From Phycisphaerae bacterium (lineage in GTDB: Bacteria; Planctomycetota; Phycisphaerae; UBA1845): DNA of 64,000 nucleotides. Position numbers and translations under genes: made by a program. Positions 30,443 to 40,450 of the stretch are shown here, piece after piece; position 1 is the stretch's first letter, and the number at the start of each line of letters is the position of its first letter. Below the pieces are notes generated by a model, which saw only the letters and a program-made list of their open reading frames with translations, ran no database searches and was not told the DNA's origin. Location of the stretch: contig CAXXGO010000003.1 of assembly GCA_963666835.2 (NCBI GenBank), forward strand, positions 681,980-745,979, given 5' to 3'.

Positions 30443-30922
30443 ATGTATAAGGTAGCCAAGTGGTCGACGACGTTCATCGCGGTGATCCTGTTCCTGGGAG
30501 TATCCGGTTGCGGCACTAACGTCCAAGATATTCTGTACCAAACCGGCTCGTCCGTGGGCCGATCCTTCTACGACATGCTCTTGACCGAGATGGTTAACGA
30601 CATCGCAGACGCATTCGACACCACCGCCGATGATGCCGCGGACGACGAGGACGCCGACGATGACGGGGAAGACCCCGCGGATGACGGCGCGGATGATGAT
30701 GCCGACGACGATGGGGATGACGGGGCCGCTCCCGACGGAGCGACGCTGTACGCGGACAATTGCGCGGCATGCCACGGCGACGACGGCGCCTCCGGATTCG
30801 GACCCGATGTCACTGGGTTGTCAGCAGACGATATGGCCGCCGGCCTGGAATCCGGAACCCACGCGGGAATCAGCCTGACCGACGACGAGGTCGCGGCAAT
30901 CGCGGAGCTGATGGGCGGCTAG
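30443..30922 (+). CDS. Monoheme cytochrome c lipoprotein with Asp-rich linker
   Basis: AAGGAG RBS; lipobox VSGC; ~40-aa D/A/G-rich tract; DGATLYADNCAACHG. Confidence 0.88.
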   Translation: MYKVAKWSTTFIAVILFLGVSGCGTNVQDILYQTGSSVGRSFYDMLLTEMVNDIADAFDTTADDAADDEDADDDGEDPADDGADDDADDDGDDGAAPDGATLYADNCAACHGDDGASGFGPDVTGLSADDMAAGLESGTHAGISLTDDEVAAIAELMGG

Positions 30923-30964
30923 CCCGGGTTATTCACGACATTCGCATAAACACCCGCAACCCAC

Positions 30965-31040
30965 TGTAGTGCCGTCCCTTGTGGGAGGCGTCATGGTAAG
31001 ACAGCGCGCCTCCGCGCCGGGGACAAGCCCCGGCGCTACA
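30965..31040. repeat. Inverted pair of GTAG-type REP-like palindromes
   Basis: TGTAGTGCCGTCCCTTGTGGGAGGCG (30965-30990) faces the reverse complement of TGTAGCGCCGGGGCTTGTCCCCGGCG (31015-31040), between convergent genes. Confidence 0.6.
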
Positions 31041-31072
31041 TGGATTCACAGTCTGTGTTTCGATCGGCTGAA

Positions 31073-31873
31073 TCAGGGCAGCATCTCGTCGCCGATGTCG
31101 CGCCGCTTGTTCCCGACAATCGCCGTGTACTGAATGGGCTGCTGGCTGGTTCCGACCCTATGCTGATAGTGCTGCGTCTTGCGAACCTCAAATGTCTTGT
31201 CGGCCATGATTGACTGGATGAAGCGCGCGAAGCCGCTGGTATCGTCCTGATCAAGGAAACTCGACTTGATATTGAAAGCGATCCAACCGTCCGGCTCGAT
31301 CAGGTTGAAGGCGTTGGCAAACGCCTCGGTGGGAATATCCCCGAAACCAAGAGCTGCAACACACGTTAGGCAATTGAACTCATACCCTTCAAACCCCTTC
31401 CGATCGCTCTGATTCAGTCGCGTCATGTCGACAACGCGGTAGTCGGCATAGACACCCGGGCGATCCCGCTCCGTGGCCTCGGCGGCCGCCTCGATGATGT
31501 CCGCGCCGACTATGAACTTGACGCCCATGTCAGCAAGTTCCTCGCCAACCATGCCGTTTCCAGCACCAAGGTCCAGCGCTCGCAGTGCGGTTGCCGGTGT
31601 GCCGGCGGCAGCCAGTTCGGCCTCAAAGAGCTTCCGGATCCTGGCCGGAGAGTCGCACTTAAGGATGTCGTAGATCAGGTGTTCGTACAGACCGGGCACA
31701 GCAAACAGCTCATCGTAGTCATGAAGCCTGATCTCACGCCACTCGTCGTTCACGCGAACCACGCACCACTCCTCATCCTGCGTAAACGAGAAGTTTGCCG
31801 GAGGTAGCGCGATCCGGAGGTCGTTGCGTAGTGTGCTTCGATGTGCAATACGTGTGCTCGTCGCCACAGTCAT
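31073..31873 (-). CDS. Class I SAM-dependent methyltransferase
   Basis: ALDLGAGNG motif I; VGADI acidic motif II. Confidence 0.85.
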   Translation of the reverse strand: MTVATSTRIAHRSTLRNDLRIALPPANFSFTQDEEWCVVRVNDEWREIRLHDYDELFAVPGLYEHLIYDILKCDSPARIRKLFEAELAAAGTPATALRALDLGAGNGMVGEELADMGVKFIVGADIIEAAAEATERDRPGVYADYRVVDMTRLNQSDRKGFEGYEFNCLTCVAALGFGDIPTEAFANAFNLIEPDGWIAFNIKSSFLDQDDTSGFARFIQSIMADKTFEVRKTQHYQHRVGTSQQPIQYTAIVGNKRRDIGDEMLP

Positions 31874-31896
31874 TCAAGAAGCTCCTTGCGGGTCCG

Positions 31897-32475
31897 TCAG
31901 GGTATTGTTCGCGCTTTCGCGGGAATCGCATCTGCGTCGGTGGACTCGGCAGCAGGCTCGACGAGCAACACCACCGGCACGGCCGCTTGAGTGGCCGCAT
32001 CCAACGGGCCGGGCACCAGCAGCGGTGAAGCATCGAGGGACTCCGCGTCCATCATCGCCGCGATGCGTTGCAGAGTGGCCAGGATCGTGGTCTGCTCCCA
32101 GTCCTCCAACCTCATCAGCTCCTGGCGAAACCGGTCTTGCAGAAGCGACGGAGCTGCCGCCAAAACGTCTTCCCCGTCTCGAGTGAGGCGGACGGTAACA
32201 CTTCGCCGGTCGTGCCCGTTCCGGGTTCGATCTACCAACCCTCTCTTCGTGAGCCGATCCAGGATCCCCGTAACCGTTGGCCCGCTGAGGTGGACCGCTC
32301 GGGCTAAGGTGCCGGTAGACGATTCGCCCAGGTTGGCCGCAGCTTGCAGGGTCGCCAACTGCGGTCCGGTAAGACCATGCTCCTCAGCAAGCCTGCGAGA
32401 ATGGAGATCGACGGCGCGCATGATCCGGCGAATCGCCGCGACGATCTGATTCTCCATGCTGAGCGTGTTTCCCAC
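31897..32475 (-). CDS. MarR-family transcriptional regulator (EctR-like)
   Basis: IRRIMRAVDLHSRRL, GLTGPQL, TVTGILDRL..RGLV.R...DRR.V.V.LT. Confidence 0.9.
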   Translation of the reverse strand: MGNTLSMENQIVAAIRRIMRAVDLHSRRLAEEHGLTGPQLATLQAAANLGESSTGTLARAVHLSGPTVTGILDRLTKRGLVDRTRNGHDRRSVTVRLTRDGEDVLAAAPSLLQDRFRQELMRLEDWEQTTILATLQRIAAMMDAESLDASPLLVPGPLDAATQAAVPVVLLVEPAAESTDADAIPAKARTIP

Positions 32476-33177
32476 GTCGGCTCTTCCGCAAAAAGCACCG
32501 CGTTCGATTAGTTACGATCCGATATGCTAGGACACTAGCGATTTTCCGTCAAGCCAGACAGGCCTCACACACAGCGAATCTTATAACCTATTCTGGCCGT
32601 GGCACTTACGCTACCCCTCGCACATATCCCCCAGCGATCTCCCCTCCTTTCTTGTTTCTGTACGAAGTACATTTCGCGGTTGTAACGCCCGTCTGGCGTC
32701 CGAATCGTTCGATGCTTATGATCGTAAACTGCGGCCTGTGGCAGGAACTGGACGCAGCAATCGGTAACGCGGCGTTATCGCATGCCCCGGGCCCACTGGA
32801 ATTCTCGCCGGAGACGGATGTCCTCGCGGCACCGCGGTGCCGGGCTTCTGCTGATCCCATGATTCGACAGACCTAACCAAGACGTTCAACAAGAGGTATC
32901 AATCCGTGGGACACCATCCCCCGACCCCGCGTCATCCGCACCAACTTAACCATCCGGCAGTTAGGCCGGTCCGGTCGGCCCGACGCGCCCTCAAAATCGA
33001 ACTACGCAGCTTCGATGTTTGCGACGACGTGGCCTCAATCTGTCCGCAACCAACGCTTCCATCCAGCTCATGTCGCCGGGGCCATTCCGGCGTCGCTGCG
33101 GACCGCGGGAACCCCGACTACCTGGGGCCCCCGCGGCCACACAAAATCACACGCTCAGGCAGAGCTTCCCAGAAACG

Positions 33178-36100
33178 CTAGGGGCAATCCGCGGGGGCAC
33201 TAAACGGATACGGCTCGCCCTTGAAGGCGCTAACGCAACGCTGAACATCCGTCATGTTCACGATCTTGTTCGGCACCTCGGCGTCCAGGTCGACCCAGGT
33301 CAGATGCGGCGCGGTCTCCAGACCCGAGAAGGCCTGCAGGATTGCCTGGATGTCACTCATGTTAACAACGCCGTTGGGCGGCTCCCACGTCCCGTTGAAT
33401 CCGCCAACCACGTCACCCCAATACTTAACACCCGGCTTCGCGATCGTGTTCACAGTCAGCGACTCAGAGAAACCAATTCCATCGGTCGTCGAAGTGATCG
33501 CGTACTCGGCCACTGGAGTGATCATACAATCGCCCACATGCACGACCGCTGGCCAAGCGTCGCTGTAGTGCGCGGCGCGGACCACACGAGATATGTTGTT
33601 CCCATCCGGCTCGCCAACCCATCCGTACACACCCACCGAACCGGGGAAATACTCACTGCCCGCCAACTCCACCAGGAAGGCGACGTTCGTCCCGGCGTTG
33701 TTCGGATCGAAGGAGATGTAGCGGTTCTTGCCCACATCATGTGGCGGCGGTGCGTCATCAGGAGGCTCTCCGACCCCGCCGGGGGCGATTCTCAACGTCA
33801 CGCCACCGAAGTTGTCTCCGCACGCGAGATCGCTAATCCAGAAGTAAACCGTATCTGCCGCCGGGAGAGTGATAGTCATCGACATCCCCAGGCTGGCGGC
33901 CAATGCTTCTTGTGCCGTAGGATACTCCAGCCCCGTCGGGTTCCATGCGATGTCCAAGACGCCGGGAACGGTTATATTCACCTCCCACCGCCAGTCGAAC
34001 TCGCTTCCGCGTTTGTAGGCATCGAAGTGGTCGTCTGGATTATCCACAACAGTAAGCGTATACGTCCCGGCTTCCAGCCAGACAGGTTCTCCCGAGGTGG
34101 CACTCGTCCCGCAGTCCTCCATGCTGTCGACTTCTACGAGAACACCCGCGCCTCCCGAGCCAAACATGTACACCGACCCGGAATCAGCGCCGTCATCATC
34201 GTTCTCGGCGGCCCCAACAACGACAGTCTCTCCAGAAACGGCCACACAACGCCCAAAACCGTCGCCTGCAGCAGCGTCGGAAGCCGTCAAGTTCTGCTCT
34301 TCCACCCAGGCGGAGCCATTGTAGTGGAAAACATAGGCCGAGCCGGAGTTGACACCGTCGTCATCGTTGCCACTAGCCCCGATTATCGCGGTACCCCCGG
34401 ACAGATCCACCGGCGAGCCGAAGCCATCGCCGTCCGCGGCGTCCGAAGCCAGTAACTTCTGAACCTGTATCCAAGTCGATCCGTTGAATTCGAACACGTA
34501 CACCGCGCCTGCATTGTTGCCCGCACCGTCATGGCCATGTGCCCCAGCCATGGCGATGTCACCGGAGATAGCCACCGCATCGTAAACGCCGAGTTCGTCC
34601 TCCGCCGCACCGTCAGAGGCCATCAACTTCGCTTCCTCGACCCAGCTGGAACCGTTGTAGCGAAACACATACGCGGCACCCGTATTGTTACCGACACCGT
34701 CACCCCAATCTCCCCATGCACCAACAATCGCCGTCTCACCGGAGATGTCCACCGACAGGCCGAACTCGTCCCAGGCTTCGCCGTCGGACGCCGTCAGTTT
34801 CTGTTCTTCAACCCATGTCGAACCGTTATAGCGGAAGATGTACGCTGCCCCCGTTCGACTTCCGTTGTCGGCGTCGTACGGAGCACCAACAATGATGGTG
34901 TCTCCGCTTGTCGCTACAGCCAAGCCGAACTGATCTGAAGTGGCGCCATCAGAAGCCAGTAGTTCCTGTTCCTCCATCCAGGTCAAACCGTTGAAACGGA
35001 ACACGTAAGCCGATCCGGCATCGCTCCCGTACCCTCGGCCAATCACCGCAACATCACCACAGATACCCGACGAGAAACCGAACTCGTTCCCAGCTACGCC
35101 GTTCGAAGCCGTCAGCTTCTGCTCCTCGATCCAGGTTGGCCCGCTGCTGCGGAACATGTACACCGACCCGGAATCAGCGCCGTCATCATCGTTCTCGGCG
35201 GCCCCAACAACGACAGTCTCTCCAGAAACGGCCACACAACGCCCAAAACCGTCGCCTGCAGCAGCGTCGGAAGCCGTCAAGTTCTGCTCTTCCACCCAGG
35301 CGGAGCCATTGTAGTGGAAAACATAGGCCGAGCCGGAGTTGACACCGTCGTCATCGTTGCCACTAGCCCCGATTATCGCGGTACCCCCGGACAGATCCAC
35401 CGGCGAGCCGAAGCCATCGCCGTCCGCGGCGTCCGAAGCCAGTAACTTCTGAACCTGTATCCAAGTCGATCCGTTGAATTCGAACACGTACACCGCGCCT
35501 GCATTGTTGCCCGCACCGTCATGGCCATGTGCCCCAGCCATGGCGATGTCACCGGAGATAGCCACCGCATCGTAAACGCCGAGTTCGTCCTCCGCCGCAC
35601 CGTCAGAGGCCATCAACTTCGCTTCCTCGACCCAGCTGGAACCGTTGTAGCGAAACACATACGCGGCACCCGTATTGTTACCGACACCGTCACCCCAATC
35701 TCCCCATGCACCAACAATCGCCGTCTCACCGGAGATGTCCACCGACAGGCCGAACTCGTCCCAGGCTTCGCCGTCGGACGCCGTCAGTTTCTGTTCTTCA
35801 ACCCATGTCGAACCGTTATAGCGGAAGATGTACGCTGCCCCCGTTCGACTTCCGTTGTCGGCGTCGTACGGAGCACCAACAATGATGGTGTCTCCGCTTG
35901 TCGCTACAGCCAAGCCGAACTGATCTGAAGTGGCGCCATCAGAAGCCAGTAGTTCCTGTTCCTCCATCCAGGTCAAACCGTTGAAACGGAACACGTAAGC
36001 CGATCCGGCATCGCTCCCGTACCCTCGGCCAATCACCGCAACATCACCACAGATACCCGACGAGAAACCGAACTCGTTCCCAGCTACGCCGTTCGAAGCC

Positions 36101-36696
36101 GTCAGCTTCTGCTCCTCGATCCAGTCCGATCCGCCATAACGGAGAATATACGCCGCTCCGGCGTCACTGCCGTTGTCATCGTCGCCCGTAGCACCGACCA
36201 CGGCCGCATTGCCGGATATTTCCACGGATTGCCCATAACGGTCCCCCGCAGCAGCGTCCGAGGCGGTCAGCTTCTGCTCCTCGCTCCAGTCCGATCCGCC
36301 ATAACGGAGAATATAGGCCGCCCCGGCGTCACTGCCGTTGTCATCGTCGCCCGTAGCGCCGAGCACGGCCGCATTGCCGGATATTTCCACGGATTGCCCA
36401 TAACGGTCCTCCGCAGCAGCGTCCGAGGCGGTCAGCTTCTGCTCCTCGCTCCAGTCCGATCCGCCATAACGGAGGACGTACGCCGCCCCGGAATCACTGC
36501 CGTTGTCATCGTCGCCCGTGGCGCCAACTACGGATGCATTGCCGGAGATTCCCACAGACTGCCCGTACCGGTCCCCCGCAGCAGCATCGGGGGCGGTAAA
36601 CTTGGCTTGTTCGCCCCACTGGGCCAAACTCACCCCCGATACCGCGCTCAAAATCAACATGACCGCTAGCATTGACCTGCCTATCTGACCTGACAT
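33178..36696 (-). CDS. Secreted FG-GAP repeat protein with C-terminal dockerin/EF-hand-like domain
   Basis: Signal peptide; 15 repeats of KL.ASD...D.FG.SV.ISG...VGA...G.AYVF; C-terminal WGDVVG..PNGVVNMSDI / PNKIVNMTDV. Confidence 0.92.
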   Translation of the reverse strand: MSGQIGRSMLAVMLILSAVSGVSLAQWGEQAKFTAPDAAAGDRYGQSVGISGNASVVGATGDDDNGSDSGAAYVLRYGGSDWSEEQKLTASDAAAEDRYGQSVEISGNAAVLGATGDDDNGSDAGAAYILRYGGSDWSEEQKLTASDAAAGDRYGQSVEISGNAAVVGATGDDDNGSDAGAAYILRYGGSDWIEEQKLTASNGVAGNEFGFSSGICGDVAVIGRGYGSDAGSAYVFRFNGLTWMEEQELLASDGATSDQFGLAVATSGDTIIVGAPYDADNGSRTGAAYIFRYNGSTWVEEQKLTASDGEAWDEFGLSVDISGETAIVGAWGDWGDGVGNNTGAAYVFRYNGSSWVEEAKLMASDGAAEDELGVYDAVAISGDIAMAGAHGHDGAGNNAGAVYVFEFNGSTWIQVQKLLASDAADGDGFGSPVDLSGGTAIIGASGNDDDGVNSGSAYVFHYNGSAWVEEQNLTASDAAAGDGFGRCVAVSGETVVVGAAENDDDGADSGSVYMFRSSGPTWIEEQKLTASNGVAGNEFGFSSGICGDVAVIGRGYGSDAGSAYVFRFNGLTWMEEQELLASDGATSDQFGLAVATSGDTIIVGAPYDADNGSRTGAAYIFRYNGSTWVEEQKLTASDGEAWDEFGLSVDISGETAIVGAWGDWGDGVGNNTGAAYVFRYNGSSWVEEAKLMASDGAAEDELGVYDAVAISGDIAMAGAHGHDGAGNNAGAVYVFEFNGSTWIQVQKLLASDAADGDGFGSPVDLSGGTAIIGASGNDDDGVNSGSAYVFHYNGSAWVEEQNLTASDAAAGDGFGRCVAVSGETVVVGAAENDDDGADSGSVYMFGSGGAGVLVEVDSMEDCGTSATSGEPVWLEAGTYTLTVVDNPDDHFDAYKRGSEFDWRWEVNITVPGVLDIAWNPTGLEYPTAQEALAASLGMSMTITLPAADTVYFWISDLACGDNFGGVTLRIAPGGVGEPPDDAPPPHDVGKNRYISFDPNNAGTNVAFLVELAGSEYFPGSVGVYGWVGEPDGNNISRVVRAAHYSDAWPAVVHVGDCMITPVAEYAITSTTDGIGFSESLTVNTIAKPGVKYWGDVVGGFNGTWEPPNGVVNMSDIQAILQAFSGLETAPHLTWVDLDAEVPNKIVNMTDVQRCVSAFKGEPYPFSAPADCP
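34163..36124. repeat. Exact 972-bp direct repeat with 990-bp period (34163-35134 and 35153-36124)
   Basis: Sequence lines match at an offset of 990; the 330-aa block appears twice in the protein, and ORF-track peptides recur at +990. Confidence 0.93.
36125..36600. repeat. Three near-identical 168-bp tandem units (one FG-GAP blade each)
   Basis: TCCGATCCGCCATAACGGAG recurs with a period of 168. Confidence 0.85.
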
Positions 36697-37249
36697 GTAG
36701 ACACGCTCCTTCTCTTGGGTTCGGTTAGGCGTAACGGCTTGGCATAACGGCCTTGACGTTCAACCGACCGCATCATGCTGGCGGTTGATTCAGCCTGCCG
36801 GGGCCACCGCAGCAGTGCCGTACCTCAGACATGCCATTACGTTCCCTCCCGGAACATGAAACCTGCGCGGCCGGCAGGACACGATGCCCCTCCGAGGCTG
36901 CGCAACAGATGAACTGCCTAGATTATCAGACCAAGGGGCAGGTTTCAACCCCCGATCCAGTGCCACTGAACCATGAACGAAAATAGTCGGAGATTCGACG
37001 CTGCAGACGCAAGGAAAGTGGCTGACTCAAGCGTCTTGCGCCAGCCAGCCACAAGGTCACCAGGACAATGGAACGGTGTCTCTAACCGGCATGAGATGAC
37101 GAAGGGCCCGTTGGCGCGATACTCGCGGCTGGCGCCCCCCACCAGGCTGCCTGTGAGGCCGTTTCGAAAACCGTTTAAGATAGACCCGGACACCGCCCGA
37201 GAAGCACGATTCGGGGGTGTGCGGGTGTTGCTTGCGCTGTTGGGCGGGC

Positions 37250-37365
37250 GTAGGACCTTCACACTCAGCGCAGAACCTCGATGCTCCTTAGAGTAGTCTT
37301 GACCGTCGATCCGAACGACGGCTTGACCGGTGGGCCTGTGCAAGCGGTAGTCTGGAGTCCTGGCA
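37250..37365 (-). pseudogene. Remnant of a planctomycete-type tyrosine integrase N-terminus
   Basis: Translates as TPDYRLHRPTGQAVVRIDGQDY, matching the P.YRLHK.SGQAVV...G.D.YLG start of such integrases; no catalytic part follows. Confidence 0.55.
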
Positions 37366-37382
37366 AGTTATTGATGAAGCGC

Positions 37383-38224
37383 TCAGCCGGGGATGTCAGC
37401 GGCGGTCGGGCCGCCACGGATGTCGCCGTCGATCCTAATCGAATGCCCGAAGAACAGATCCCCATCATTGTGCCAGAACTCAAATGAGCCGTCCGGATAG
37501 ACCGTGACCGCTTCAAGCGTCATCCTGTCCTTGAATCGCTCAGGGGTGACTTCCGCTTCGAGGTCCTCGAGCCATGTGTCGTTTTTCAACGGAAGCAGCT
37601 CTTGCACAGCGAACTGACGGATACGTCCGTCCCATTCATCCTGTGACTGCCAGAGGGAATGCGCCGTCGCCAGGGCATTCTGCACATCTTCTGGCTCTTC
37701 TGCCGCTAGTTGAATGTCTACAGGCTTTCCTCTCCATGTTGTGTCGGCCTCGTGTCGTTCATCACGCGCCGGTCAAGTGTGAAGACACCGAAAACATGAT
37801 CATCGAACGTGACCGGCTTCTGCAAACGGATCACCCACTCGTTCAGTTCTACATCGGACTCTTCGTTACCGACGATTCCAACAAGCAGCGACTCAGGATT
37901 GCCAGACTCGGTCTTCTCGGCAAGATGGGCTCGAATGTGCAGGACCGCGTATGGCTTGATCTGGTCTATGTACTGCCTCAGTGCTTCCCGCGTTACTTGG
38001 CGTTGGACCCTGAGCTCGTCGGTCCTCACATGTGCGCCCTCGGCGCGCCACGCCGCGAATGCGAACCTCAGGGCCCATTGTTCTTCACCGAACGCCTGCC
38101 CCCCACCAGCACCACTGGCGTTAACAACACCGATTAGATTGACCACTGGAGATGCCGCGAGCTGCTGCTCCAGGCACCTCTGCCTCGACTCCATTTCGGC
38201 GAAAAAGTCCGGTTCGTCTGACAT
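37383..38224 (-). pseudogene. DUF2262-like protein split by one frameshift near 37755
   Basis: ...FGVFTLDRRV continues in another frame as EADTTWRGKPV...LKNDTWLE...FEFWHNDGDLFFGHSI; GGAGA RBS before MSDEPD. Confidence 0.7.
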
Positions 38225-38637
38225 CTCTCCCGCGAGCCTCACCGCAATCTGAACTGCAACAATGGTCAATGCTCTCCCGAGAATCTCACGAATGCTCTGC
38301 TCACGTTAGCCGGTCATCCTGCCCGGAAGAAGCGCGGCTTCAGCGGGGATGCCCACATCCCACTCCCTCTTGCCCCAACCCAAGGCTGTCGATCCGTCTG
38401 CCAGCCTGGGGAGTCGAGATTAGGCGCCAAACCGGCTCTGGGGGAAGCGGATCGGGGCATTAGGCAAGAGAAGAAGCATGGTACGCCGTTATCTCACAGG
38501 GCTCTTGAGCCTGGGCGATGAAGGGCTCGAAAGGCCTCGCCACCTCATAATCTATTTCTCTGTCATGACTTACAGACGGACGCGGCATCGATCTTGTCGC
38601 GCAATGTCCATCCTTAGTTCTCGACCCAGAAACGCAC

Positions 38638-38663
38638 TGGGCGATACAGGACTCGAACCTGTG
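38638..38663 (-). mobile_element. tRNA-Val 3'-end fragment (att-site duplication)
   Basis: Minus strand reads CACAGGTTCGAGTCCTGTATCGCCCA: perfect T-arm, acceptor 3' strand and discriminator, with no anticodon or D arm. Direct repeat CTTTAGGTCA x2 at 38705-38727. Confidence 0.75.
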
Positions 38664-38889
38664 CGTACCCCCATTAGAGAGCTCTAAACGCGGTTTTTGG
38701 GGAGCTTTAGGTCATCCCTTTAGGTCACCCAGCCTCGACGTTCGGGCGGGCGTAATCAACCCTGTGCTCCCTCTCATGTTTGGGTCAGATCGCGACCTGA
38801 AACGACAGTGAAAATGGACTCTCTCATGTCACCCTGATGTTGTCATCTCTAGTCAGATCGCTCAACTTATTCCCGCGTGCTCTGGGACT

Positions 38890-38914
38890 TGGAACGGATG
38901 GCAATCGAACCCAC
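38890..38914 (-). mobile_element. Degenerate tRNA (Ala-like) 3'-end fragment (att scar)
   Basis: Minus strand reads GTGGGTTCGATTGCCATCCGTTCCA; direct repeat AATTCTATACC x2 at 38977-38999. Confidence 0.5.
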
Positions 38915-39340
38915 TCGAATTTCGTCACTCAGCGTTTTTCGCCGCTTTCTAGCTGCAATTATAGGTCCCAAAGACGAATTCTATACCTAATTCTATACCC
39001 CCACCTCGGTCCTCTGTACGGTTAATATTGTGGTCATCATACTGGGGAGAACGGAAGCGCATCGAGAGTCGGCGGAGCTCGTAATCCTCACACTTGTGAG
39101 CGGCGGATGTTCCCGAAACCGCTGATTGGGCGATGCCTGTCTACACCACGGCTCCGCCTAGCCTCACCACCAAGCTGTCCTGTCTGCCGTCTTGCGTTGC
39201 GTCCGTTGGCTCAGTTCCATCGAGACGCGAGCGATCGGCGGACCGGTGCTCGCATCGGCACACCGAGGTTGTCGCTGGCACTATGATGTGTTGGAGAAGC
39301 TGCGATGGTCTGGAATGTCTCGCCTATCCTGATCCGTATC

Positions 39341-39397
39341 CTCGTCGGACCTCGCACCACACTCCGGAGGTGCCAGGTTCGAGTGCTGCCCCCACTA
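39341..39397 (+). mobile_element. Degenerate tRNA-Met-like 3' half (att scar)
   Basis: CTCGTCGGA...TCCGGAGGTGCCAGGTTCGAGTGCTGCCCCCACTA resembles the initiator tRNA 3' half, with a corrupted anticodon loop. Confidence 0.35.
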
Positions 39398-39618
39398 TTA
39401 TAAGCACTTGTCAGATTAGAACTTATGTTCATCCCGAGCTTCTCTTAGGTCAAAGCAACAGCCCCCCACTTGGAGGTGCGGTTTTCTCGCCAATCCTCAG
39501 CCTCACAGACAGTCAATCCCCACTGATTTCTGCGTTGATCGGCTGGTGGCGTTTGATGTAGGATTGGACTGCCGTATCTTGCTTCAACTGCGCGAGCCTT
39601 GTCTTGGAGGGCAAACAG

Positions 39619-40275
39619 ATGTCACGTTCAATCGGTATCACAGTCGTGGGGTCGCTTCTATTCTCGGCGGGGGTCTCGCCTGCGGAAGTTCGTGAATACA
39701 CGCTGGGGCAGGATGATAACTTCGCCGACGGGGTAGACAATGTCTATGTCGATCCCGATTGGCTGGCTGACATTGTCGACGCCAATCCCACTTGGACAGT
39801 TGTACCGTTCGACGATCCGCTGGGAGCCGGAGGAGAGATGGTTCCCTTCACTTTTGTTTTTGATCTTACCGGCACTGAACAGATCACCGCGGCGTCGTTG
39901 AGTTTTCATTTTAAGCGCAACGGAGGCAACCCCTGGAATTCTGATAGTATCTGGGTCGACGACGTGACTCACGGAAGGCTTCTCACAGGTCTTGGCTGGG
40001 ACGGAAGTAGTGAAACTGTACTATCAATCGACCTCGCCAGTATCCCGGGCACGGGGGAGAACCTACTCCCTCTCTTAGAGGACGGCGTGTTGAATTGTAT
40101 GGTGGCGGATGATTCCGTCATCGATGATGCCACTCTGGTGCTGGAAGTGGAGCCAAGGTCTATCCCGACCGTCTCTTCTTGGGGCATGATTACCCTGACA
40201 TTGCTGACTCTGACTGCTGGAACTCTTGTCCTTGCGAAACGACAGCGACAGGCAGCCGCGTGGCAGGCAAACTAG
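39619..40275 (+). CDS. Secreted IPTL-CTERM protein
   Basis: GGAGG RBS; signal peptide; C-terminal IPTVSSWGMITLTLLTLTAG..AKRQR. Confidence 0.88.
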   Translation: MSRSIGITVVGSLLFSAGVSPAEVREYTLGQDDNFADGVDNVYVDPDWLADIVDANPTWTVVPFDDPLGAGGEMVPFTFVFDLTGTEQITAASLSFHFKRNGGNPWNSDSIWVDDVTHGRLLTGLGWDGSSETVLSIDLASIPGTGENLLPLLEDGVLNCMVADDSVIDDATLVLEVEPRSIPTVSSWGMITLTLLTLTAGTLVLAKRQRQAAAWQAN

Positions 40276-40450
40276 CAGGAACCAAGCGGTCCCAAACAGG
40301 GGGCAACGTCCTTTGCGTCCGGGCGGTTCGATAATGTAGCCACGCGACCAAGACCAAGCCGGATCCTCGATAAGTCGATGGTCTTCAACAACTCTGATGG
40401 TACTCCGGTCATCCCTGGTCTAGCCGGATACCGAATCCGCCTCAAGGGCA

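Noticed and set aside
33019..34455. 478-aa plus-strand ORF
   Set aside because: Antisense shadow of the FG-GAP gene, as is common in high-GC DNA.
38638..38720. Intact tRNA gene
   Set aside because: Only the T-arm and acceptor 3' strand are present; the adjacent sequence cannot form anticodon or D arms.
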